Positions 8,353 through 15,978 of a stretch of DNA of 25,253 nucleotides are shown here, piece by piece. The stretch covers positions 1 to 25,253 of the forward strand of contig JBGSTX010000346.1 in assembly GCA_041736305.1 (NCBI GenBank), read 5' to 3'. Source of the stretch: Oligoflexus sp. (GTDB lineage: Bacteria > Bdellovibrionota_B > Oligoflexia > Oligoflexales > Oligoflexaceae). The position numbers and the translations under genes are program-made. Under the pieces are notes generated by a model. It made no database searches. It had not been told where the DNA came from and saw only the letters and a list, made by a program, of their open reading frames with translations. Within the stretch, counting starts at the first letter, position 1. Each line of letters starts with the position of its first letter.

Positions 8353-9468
8353 TCAACGAACTCCGCGATCCTTGGCCTTCTGCTCGAGCAGGTCCCCGAC
8401 CCATGACGCTAGAGATTGGCCACCTTGCCTTGTTTGATAGAAGCGATTATCGCTGATAAAAGTATGCGTTTCACCGGGGACGATAAAGCTCTTGATGCTG
8501 CCCTGCAGGACATTAGCTTTGAGGCTTCGCACGCCTCTAGAATAGGTGCTAGCGGGCATGAATGGAAGAAAAGGTCGGCATTCGTTCAGCGAGAAACCAA
8601 AGAAGATGCGCAGGACTGAATCACTCGTGCTCAGCACAGCACCTTGCTGCCTATCCCCGAATTTTTCCTGAATGTAGCCGATCATTCCGCTCAGACCTCC
8701 TCCATCCGCATTGCGGCAGTTCGTGCAGTCGCGGGGCAAGACATCATCGATGCCCCACATCCCTCTGATCATACTTTGCAGACAGGGCCTCAGATAGGCA
8801 TCTTCGAGCAGCAAACCTGAATCGTCGAGCAGGGTGATAGCAGAATTGGGCCAGCGGGATTGGACCGTCGGCAGGTTGAAGGCCGCTCCAAAGCCTCCGG
8901 CGCTTATACCCGACACTACGATCGTCTCAGGATCAGGAAGCTGCTCTCCTAGCTGATTCAAGAAAAGTTTGAGATTGTCGTGACCAACGAACTGCTGCAA
9001 CCCACGCACCCCGGGCACTCGCACGTTATTCCTTGAACCAACGAAGACATCGCCCGTGCAGTAGGGAACATACATCGTGTTCCAAGCATTCAGAGGATTG
9101 TCGTCGCGGGCTGCGAGAATGCCCGACTGGCCAGGAAACTGATTACCCATGTTCGGAGGACTCTGGCTACAGGTGAGGGCATTGAAACAGGCGCCGCCCC
9201 CTTCCATGAAGATGAGGAGCCTGTTCTCGAATGTTCGGCGTTTGAGATAGTAGCCCGCTTCGCTTCCATCGCGACAGCGTGCTCCGCTCACGGTGTGGTA
9301 TTCCCAACTCTCTGCGGCATCGAACGAATTGACGGAAACACGATTAGAAGCTGCGGTCGAAAGCGAAGTCTGAGCGGAAGTAAGAGTAGACCAGGAAACT
9401 ACGGACGTTAGTGAGATAGACAGGCAAGCAAAAAAAGGCAATAGCGTAGCACGCAAACCTAAAACCAT
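8353..9468 (-). CDS. Secreted pectinacetylesterase/Notum-family hydrolase
   Basis: Signal peptide, CRDGS.AGYY, IFMEGGGAC, YVPYCTGD, nucleophile motif GISAGG and C-terminal His (ETHT). AAGGAGG RBS. Confidence 0.9.
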   Translation of the reverse strand: MVLGLRATLLPFFACLSISLTSVVSWSTLTSAQTSLSTAASNRVSVNSFDAAESWEYHTVSGARCRDGSEAGYYLKRRTFENRLLIFMEGGGACFNALTCSQSPPNMGNQFPGQSGILAARDDNPLNAWNTMYVPYCTGDVFVGSRNNVRVPGVRGLQQFVGHDNLKLFLNQLGEQLPDPETIVVSGISAGGFGAAFNLPTVQSRWPNSAITLLDDSGLLLEDAYLRPCLQSMIRGMWGIDDVLPRDCTNCRNADGGGLSGMIGYIQEKFGDRQQGAVLSTSDSVLRIFFGFSLNECRPFLPFMPASTYSRGVRSLKANVLQGSIKSFIVPGETHTFISDNRFYQTRQGGQSLASWVGDLLEQKAKDRGVR

Positions 9469-9662
9469 GACCCCCTCCTTGGCATTGGTTCTCGCTGCAG
9501 TGCAACTATCGAACTACGTGGGGCGAAGACTCGATAGTGAGCTGCAGTGAGTAGACTGCTCTGTCATAGTAATCAAAAGGAGAGACGGCTGTCCACTTTG
9601 ATACAGCCATTCAGAATAGGTAAATCTAGGCAAGCGCGAGATTTAAACTCGCACTTTATGTC

Positions 9663-10130
9663 TTAGCTCGGAAGTTTGTGGCAATCTGCACAGTGCCCGA
9701 AGAGATCGAGCGAGTGGTGGGTCAGGTGAAAACCGTAGCGTTTGGCAACTTGCTCCTGGAGACGCTCGATTTCATCGTTCTCGAACTCGATGACCTTATG
9801 ACATCTCACACAGATGAGGTGATCGTGGTGGGAACCGGGTGCGAGAATTTCAAAAACCGATTTCCCATCAGCAAATTGCTTTTGGTCGACGAGGCCAGCT
9901 TCTTTCAGAAGATTGAGCGTCCTATAGACGGTCGCCAGTCCTGGGTTTTGCTCATTATTCTTAAGCTGACTGTAGAGATCCTCCGCGCTCACGTGAGTGT
10001 TCATCCGCAAAAATTCTTCGATGATGAAGTTTCTTTGCTTACTCTGCTTGAGCTGGGCTTTGGCCAAATACTGTTCAAGCTTGTCCCAGAACCAACGATT
10101 ATCTTGCAGTCCTTTGCTAACCATCGGCAC
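9663..10130 (-). CDS. fur: Fur-family transcriptional regulator (start may be ATG 10124)
   Basis: HVSAEDLY, GLATVYRTLNLL, HHDHLICVRC..VIEF and C-terminal GHCADC. Fur, Zur and PerR cannot be told apart here. Confidence 0.92.
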   Translation of the reverse strand: MPMVSKGLQDNRWFWDKLEQYLAKAQLKQSKQRNFIIEEFLRMNTHVSAEDLYSQLKNNEQNPGLATVYRTLNLLKEAGLVDQKQFADGKSVFEILAPGSHHDHLICVRCHKVIEFENDEIERLQEQVAKRYGFHLTHHSLDLFGHCADCHKLPS

Positions 10131-10273
10131 ACCTCTTCTGGCAAGGGATAAGCGAGCAGGCAGCGAGCCATAACGGCCTATCTACTCCTTATGCTGAGGC
10201 ATCTCTTTTACCAGCTGTCTCGGTCGAGTTCCCTAATAAAAGGAGGCTGCCTTTTTTCTTGAGCTCTCGCCGC

Positions 10274-10606
10274 CTACTTTTTAACCATAATATTGAGCTT
10301 TGGATCGAATTTCCCGTTGACACCGAGCCGCAAGCCACCCCGAGGGCCCGCAATTACCTCGAGCTTAGTGTCAGGATGTGCAGCTACCTGCAGAAGCGCG
10401 CTCACGGCCTTGCAGGAAGTGTCAGCTCTAACTTTAAAGGTGATAAGACCCTGCACGGTGGGAATGAAGAGGGTGTCAACGCTCGTACCCGCCGTGACTG
10501 AGTCATCGATCCACTCATCGCGATTTTCACGGCCCTTGATGAGCGTTTCGAGTTTGAGGACCCAACCCTCTTTAAATTTCTTCACGTTTTGAGTCGGCTC
10601 CGCCAT
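10274..10606 (-). CDS. Hypothetical protein, 110 aa
   Basis: AAGGAG upstream of the ATG and globular-looking composition. The overlapping plus-strand ORFs look like shadows. Confidence 0.7.
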   Translation of the reverse strand: MAEPTQNVKKFKEGWVLKLETLIKGRENRDEWIDDSVTAGTSVDTLFIPTVQGLITFKVRADTSCKAVSALLQVAAHPDTKLEVIAGPRGGLRLGVNGKFDPKLNIMVKK

Positions 10607-10791
10607 CGCGCTTTCTCCTTCCGGAAATCATTCACCTGTTTAAGCCAGTATCTGTTACTCGCTACATTCTATCGCTTAGGATTCTCAAAATCCAAAAAAG
10701 CTAGTGCGAGGCGAGTTTTGAATCGTGGTAGAACTTAGTTTGGTGCGCACCGCACCCACTTTCTATAATACATTTCGATAGGGTCTAGCAT

Positions 10792-11277
10792 ATGCGTTCT
10801 TATACTCTCGAAGAGATTCAGGCGTCGTTTGCGCCTTATGATCGCGCCCTTTGGGTGAATCCTGAAGTGAAGTCTCTCGACTGGGAAGACCAAGATTTTC
10901 TCGCCTGGAAACATCCAGAAGGCGGATCCTACTTCGTCTGCGTCGATACCCGAGAAAAGCTTTACGGCATGGTTTTTAGCATGAATGCGGGGGCCGGAAA
11001 TTTGCGGGGCCAGTGCGATCTCTGTCATGCGAGCAACAACGTCCAGGGCATAAAGCTAGCGATGGTAGAAACCGCGGACAATCCTCGACGCAAGCTCGGG
11101 CTACAGGTCTGTGCGGACCTCGCCTGCTCGGCCCGCATCCGCGGTCTCGAGCGCGGCGTCTTCATGTATGAAACCGTTTCGGTGGGCAAGCGAATCGAGC
11201 GTCTGCAGCTTCGTCTCGAACGCTTTGCGCGGAAAGTCCACGGAGTCAAGGCCGATACAGATCTGCTTTTGGACTAA
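10792..11277 (+). CDS. FBP-domain protein (FusB/FusC-like C-terminal treble-clef zinc finger)
   Basis: LDWEDQDFLAWKHP, CDLC and GLQVCADLACS give the four-Cys FBP_C signature. Confidence 0.8.
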   Translation: MRSYTLEEIQASFAPYDRALWVNPEVKSLDWEDQDFLAWKHPEGGSYFVCVDTREKLYGMVFSMNAGAGNLRGQCDLCHASNNVQGIKLAMVETADNPRRKLGLQVCADLACSARIRGLERGVFMYETVSVGKRIERLQLRLERFARKVHGVKADTDLLLD

Positions 11278-11552
11278 CTCGCAGGTCTGCAGGGCCTCGC
11301 CTCCAAAGGGTCCACAGCCCCTTGAAACCGCGGGAAAATGCTCAGCTATTTGCTGGCTGGCCAAGCGAAAAGGCCCAAAGAGAGGCTAGGGGCGCATCCT
11401 GGCCCAAGACAAGAAAAATGCATTTTAAGAAAAATTTGATTGAATCTCACTAATGGCATTGCTATAAAATGATCCTTGCCTCTATTTGGCTGTCTCTCGA
11501 CATCGATCGAGAGTTCCCCATCCAAACAACATTGCATAGAATTCGGAGACTA

Positions 11553-11909
11553 ATGAAACTGATCGTTTGTGGTTCCCTCAATTACTCGAATCGTCAGCTC
11601 TTGGCCAGCACACTGCGCGAATACACCAAGAAAAACAAGGTCTCAACCATCGTCATCGGGACCGAAGCTGGAGCCGAAACGATGGCCGCTGAATGGGCCA
11701 TGGAAAACAAGGTTAAACTCTCGATAGTCCCTACTCAGCGCAAGCTCTCCGACAATCCGATGATTGAGCGCAATAAAGAACTGATAAAGCGCCATCCTGA
11801 CGCCAAAGCAGTTCTACATTTCGCTGGCTGCCCCATTTCCGAAGATCTCTGCGTGCGCGCTCTCGACTCCCGCATCGTCGTCGATGATGTTATCGGTGCG
11901 CGCGATTAA
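11553..11909 (+). CDS. SLOG-superfamily protein (DUF2493/YspA-like)
   Basis: MKLIVCGS.NY, IVIG...GAETMA.EWA and RN.ELI...PD..VLHF match the DUF2493 pattern. GGAG precedes ATG 11553. Confidence 0.72.
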   Translation: MKLIVCGSLNYSNRQLLASTLREYTKKNKVSTIVIGTEAGAETMAAEWAMENKVKLSIVPTQRKLSDNPMIERNKELIKRHPDAKAVLHFAGCPISEDLCVRALDSRIVVDDVIGARD

Positions 11910-11974
11910 GCCTAAGATTCTGGGAGCTTAAGTAAGCTCTCAGTCGAGGTTTACTTGCAAAAGCCCCTCTAATA

Positions 11975-12631
11975 CTAGGGCTTGAGTTTTATGGGGGAGC
12001 AGATCGGCTCCTCTTTGAAAGTCAGCCGGTGACCGGCCTTGAGGACTTTTGCTCGCAGATAGTGGGCGTTTTCTTTTGTAATAAATACGCCCGTTCTTTT
12101 CTGTTCCACGACCTTCACACCATGCTCTTCAAGAGACTGGGCTTTCGCTGGGTTATTACTCAGGAGCCTTATCTTCCCTTTGCCTAAAGCTTTCAGCATT
12201 TCTGCAGCCACTGTAAAAGTGCGCGCCTCGGCAGGTTGACTCAACATCTCGTTAGCTACATAAGTGTCGTGACCCAGGTCCTGTAGCGCGTAGGCATCGA
12301 TCTTGTTGTAAAGCCCAATACCCCGGCCTTCTTGCCTTAAATAAAGAATGATTCCGCCTATCTTGGAGAAGAGCTCCTTGGATTCCTGCAATTGAGGTCC
12401 ACAATCGCAGCGCGTAGAGCCAAAAACATCCCCCGTCAGGCATTCTGAATGAATCCGCACAAAAGGAGCTTCTTGCTCCCGCCAATCACCAAAACACAGA
12501 GCGACGTGCTCTTTGCGGTCTGAGAGATCATGAAAGGTCATAAAGTCTGCGCTAACTCCCGAAGCTCCCAGAGAAATCTTCACCGACTGGCGCACTGTGG
12601 GGCTAGCTTTCAGACTGGAATGTGTGTGCAT
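11975..12631 (-). CDS. ribA: GTP cyclohydrolase II
   Basis: VRIHSECLTGDVFGSTRCDCGPQL (three Zn-binding Cys), YLRQEGRGIGLYNK, RLLSNNPAK and N..YL..K....GH. Confidence 0.96.
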   Translation of the reverse strand: MHTHSSLKASPTVRQSVKISLGASGVSADFMTFHDLSDRKEHVALCFGDWREQEAPFVRIHSECLTGDVFGSTRCDCGPQLQESKELFSKIGGIILYLRQEGRGIGLYNKIDAYALQDLGHDTYVANEMLSQPAEARTFTVAAEMLKALGKGKIRLLSNNPAKAQSLEEHGVKVVEQKRTGVFITKENAHYLRAKVLKAGHRLTFKEEPICSPIKLKP

Positions 12632-12801
12632 TTCGTAGCTCCCTCAGAAGGACGAACCTGTCGAGAAGGTAAAAAAGAAACGACCGCTGCGCATTTGCCA
12701 GAGAGGAGGGCGCTGCATTATGCAGCGTCTCCGGGGTACAGCAGGATGGTCATATCAAAACGGAGGTCAGGCCGTCGAGACCTCTCTTCTCTTGCCTAGG
12801 A

Positions 12802-13578
12802 TTAGGCTACAGGGGCTTTTCTGTGGCGAGCGGCATACGACAGCATCATCTGCTCGGCGCGATCGATATCAGATTCTGTAATCTGCCATATTTGCTTATC
12901 TTTAAACGCGGCCAGTAGCGATTCGAAGAGCTCGAAAGGCAGAAAGGGAGTGACTTCTCCACTGGCGTACTCACGCTCTTTTTCGCCGTAAAGGCCGAGA
13001 AAAGTCTTGTCGCGGAACCAGGATTCGCGATTCATTTTCTGCACGGTCTTCACATGCTCTTCGCTAGGCTTGCGCTGCAGGAATTCGAAGAACATCCCGC
13101 TGGCCTTCATCCCTGGAAAATACCATTCACCGCTAAATACCTGGATCAAATCATCTTCATCATCTTTGAGAATAGGCGTGATGAATTGAACGCCACGCTC
13201 GGCCGCATGCTGATGAAAGGCCAAGAGATCGGGTGTACGGAGCGCGATGTGCTGCCAGTGAGCAGCCGCTTCGTGACCATTGAGCATCTCGCGAACGTGC
13301 GAAGCTTGATTCTTAGGTTCACTTGGCTGGACCACAGCGATGATGGTGTTGTTGAGTTCGGGATCCGGATCGGCCCCTTGTCCCAGACGCACAGCATAGG
13401 TCATAGATTGCTCGCCGCTCCCTGGCGTCCACTCTTTGCGTTTCTCATAGAGCAGATCATCAGGTCCTACGCCGAAAATAACATTAAAAACGAGGTAGGA
13501 GATCTTGTAGAGCTCCGGTTGCAGCAGCAGCGTCATATGGTCAACTTGGAAATTTTGAAAAGGCTGTTTTTGTCTCAT
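12802..13578 (-). CDS. VOC-family protein resembling the isolated C-terminal catalytic domain of 4-hydroxyphenylpyruvate dioxygenase
   Basis: VDHMT, WQHIALRTPDL, LIQVFS and FFEFLQRK reproduce the HPPD 2-His-1-Glu motifs in order, in only 258 aa. Confidence 0.75.
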   Translation of the reverse strand: MRQKQPFQNFQVDHMTLLLQPELYKISYLVFNVIFGVGPDDLLYEKRKEWTPGSGEQSMTYAVRLGQGADPDPELNNTIIAVVQPSEPKNQASHVREMLNGHEAAAHWQHIALRTPDLLAFHQHAAERGVQFITPILKDDEDDLIQVFSGEWYFPGMKASGMFFEFLQRKPSEEHVKTVQKMNRESWFRDKTFLGLYGEKEREYASGEVTPFLPFELFESLLAAFKDKQIWQITESDIDRAEQMMLSYAARHRKAPVA

Positions 13579-13744
13579 GTCAATCTCTCGGTTAGTGAAT
13601 AGACGCTGCCCTGCCCTAAGCTCTCTGCCTGGGGTATCGACGAGAGTAAGGAATAGTGAAGCTCTCCACTTAAAGTCAACCGGAATGATCCATCAGCCTT
13701 TGGACTTAGGCTAAAAGTCTTGCGGCTCAGTGACTCTGCCAGGC

Positions 13745-14650
13745 TTAACCTTCGGCGATAGCAGCGCCACGAGCTCTAGCTTTTGACGGCGCTAAATCAG
13801 ATCCGGGTATCGTCTTGCGCAGAGACTTTTGCACCTCATACTGCCAGATTTCATTGCCTTGACCATTGATGAAGGCAAATCGCGCCAGATCTGCTTCGAT
13901 ACTCAATTCGGCAAAACCGATTTCATTAGTCCGAAAGAGGCAGGCCTGCGCACTGCGCGCTCTCTGCTTTCTGATTTCGGAACCGTGGCCCACCAAGGCA
14001 AAATGCATACCCTTCCAGGGCGCAAAAAATTCGGCATGATGCTCGTGCCCGGCGAGGACGAAATCCACCTGAAATTCCTCGAAGAGAGGGAGATAGCTGC
14101 TTTTCATTGCCTCGTGGTCTCCGCGAAGCCCCGTTGACCAGAGATGATAGTGAAAGCAGACGATAGTCCATTCGCTCTGGCCTGTTTCAAGTTCCTGCCG
14201 GGCAAACTCGAGAGCGCTCTCCTGCAGGGGAAAATCGCTCTCGGCTGCAGTAACGTTGAGGACGATGATCCGCAGCTTACCCTCGCGAATGACGTAATGT
14301 TCCGCGGGTAGCACCCAGCCGCCTCGACCTTGGCCCAAGGCATCGACCCGCTTGCTATAGGCGAGCTGATCGATGATCCGCTCTTCATCCATATCGTGAT
14401 TGCCAAGCGTTTGATAGAAGCGGACCCCGTCAGCGATCAAGGGGGCAAAAGGCCTTTCGAAAATCCGCTCCATAATTCCTGGACAGCTGCTGTCATACTG
14501 GTTATCGCCGGTGGAAAGAGCGAAGCGGAAAGGCCTGATCTGATGCCGTCGGGCCATCGCTTGGCCGAGTTGGAATTGCTCCTTGTTCCCGCGACCAGCA
14601 TCCCCATAGATGGCGAAGTGAATGCTTTTGCTTTTAGTATCAGCCTGCAT
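13745..14650 (-). CDS. Calcineurin-like metallophosphoesterase (purple acid phosphatase-like)
   Basis: YGDAG, TGDNQY, LGNHD, FH and AGHEHH motifs. GGAG precedes ATG 14650. Confidence 0.9.
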   Translation of the reverse strand: MQADTKSKSIHFAIYGDAGRGNKEQFQLGQAMARRHQIRPFRFALSTGDNQYDSSCPGIMERIFERPFAPLIADGVRFYQTLGNHDMDEERIIDQLAYSKRVDALGQGRGGWVLPAEHYVIREGKLRIIVLNVTAAESDFPLQESALEFARQELETGQSEWTIVCFHYHLWSTGLRGDHEAMKSSYLPLFEEFQVDFVLAGHEHHAEFFAPWKGMHFALVGHGSEIRKQRARSAQACLFRTNEIGFAELSIEADLARFAFINGQGNEIWQYEVQKSLRKTIPGSDLAPSKARARGAAIAEG

Positions 14651-14785
14651 CGAGAATTCTCCCAGGCACAGCCGCAAGCCGGCCTCTAGCTATGGGAAGC
14701 AAATTTCCCTTGGGGAACAGCTTCCATAGTCTCAGTTGATAAGTATGATTGGGAATTCTAACACAGGTGCTCGGCGTCTAGCGGA

Positions 14786-15739
14786 CTAAGAAAACTTTTT
14801 CGCATAGGCATCGGTCGCTTCTATGAGCGCCGAACGGGTGCCTGGCTCGGAAGCAGCATGACCCGCGTCTGGGATCCAAATTAATTGCGAACCAGGCCAG
14901 GATTTATGCAGATTCCAAGCCGAGATGGGTGGGCATACCACATCGTAGCGTCCTTGGATGATCGTGCTAGGCAGGTGCCTTATTTTGTCCATATTCGCCA
15001 GAAGATGATCGTCGCGCTGGAAGAATCCCCGATGAATGAAGTAGTGGCATTCGATACGTGCGAATGCATCGGCGAAATTTTCTTCGCCAAATGACTCCGC
15101 AGCCCTTGGATCGAGGACGAGGCGACTCGTCGAACCTTCCCAGATGCTCCAGGCTTTAGCGGCTTCGGAGCGGATTTTAGGATCTTCGCTGGTCAATCGG
15201 CGATAGAAGGCCTTGACGAGATCGTGCCTCTCTTCGGGAGCAATGGGCTCGACGTACTTCTCATAGAGGTCTGGAAATATTTCACTGCAGCCTCGCTGAT
15301 AGAACCACTGAATTTCAGCGTCGCGCAGCATGAAAATTCCACGCAAGACAAATCCGAGGCAGTTCTGGGGATAGCTCTGCCCATAGGCGAGCGCTAGAGT
15401 ACTGCCCCAGCTACCGCCAAATACCAGCCATTTTTCGACTCCGAAGTGTCGGCGGAGCTTTTCAATATCTTCGACGAGGTCCCAGGTTGTATTTTCTCGC
15501 AGCTCGGAGCGGGGCGTACTTCGTGCGCAGCCTCGCTGTTCGAAAAGGATGATGCGATAGCGTTGAGGATCAAAAAACTGTCTATGAAAAGCTTCAAGTC
15601 CTCCTCCAGGTCCACCGTGAAGGAAGATCACCGGTATCCCGTCAGCTCGTCCACATTCCTCATAGTAGAGCGTATGCAGATCGGAAACTTTCAAATATCC
15701 GCTGCTGCGGGGTTCGATGGCTGGGTAAAAATCGCGCAT
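14786..15739 (-). CDS. pip: Prolyl aminopeptidase (proline iminopeptidase, S33)
   Basis: LHGGPGGG, QRGC.RSTP, FGGSWGSTL, QGRYDVVCP and DAGH. AAGGAG precedes ATG 15739. Confidence 0.96.
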   Translation of the reverse strand: MRDFYPAIEPRSSGYLKVSDLHTLYYEECGRADGIPVIFLHGGPGGGLEAFHRQFFDPQRYRIILFEQRGCARSTPRSELRENTTWDLVEDIEKLRRHFGVEKWLVFGGSWGSTLALAYGQSYPQNCLGFVLRGIFMLRDAEIQWFYQRGCSEIFPDLYEKYVEPIAPEERHDLVKAFYRRLTSEDPKIRSEAAKAWSIWEGSTSRLVLDPRAAESFGEENFADAFARIECHYFIHRGFFQRDDHLLANMDKIRHLPSTIIQGRYDVVCPPISAWNLHKSWPGSQLIWIPDAGHAASEPGTRSALIEATDAYAKKFS

Positions 15740-15978
15740 GTTTCCTGCTCCTTTTCTCAAACTTGGGACAGATATAGCAGCCTGCTTTGCAAAAGTCCCT
15801 GCTAGAGGCGAGAACTCCAGGCACTAGCTCACCCTGCCGCGATGTAAAACTTTCAGGCAGGGGGGGTTCTTTCGTACGGTAGGAATTCACTAACAACCGA
15901 CTAAAACTCAGTTTTTTTGGCGGCGAGGTACTTGCAGACAAAGGGCTTGGTCCCGATTAGGGCCCGTGCGAGGATTTC

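Noticed and set aside
12632-12801. FMN riboswitch upstream of ribA
   Set aside because: The conserved RFN motifs (AGGGCGGGG.GAAA.TCCC.ACCGGCGGT) are not present on the minus strand.
11975-13578. Toxoflavin-like cluster (GTP cyclohydrolase II plus a glyoxalase-fold gene)
   Set aside because: No methyltransferase, RibD-like, WD-repeat or FGE-sulfatase genes are nearby.
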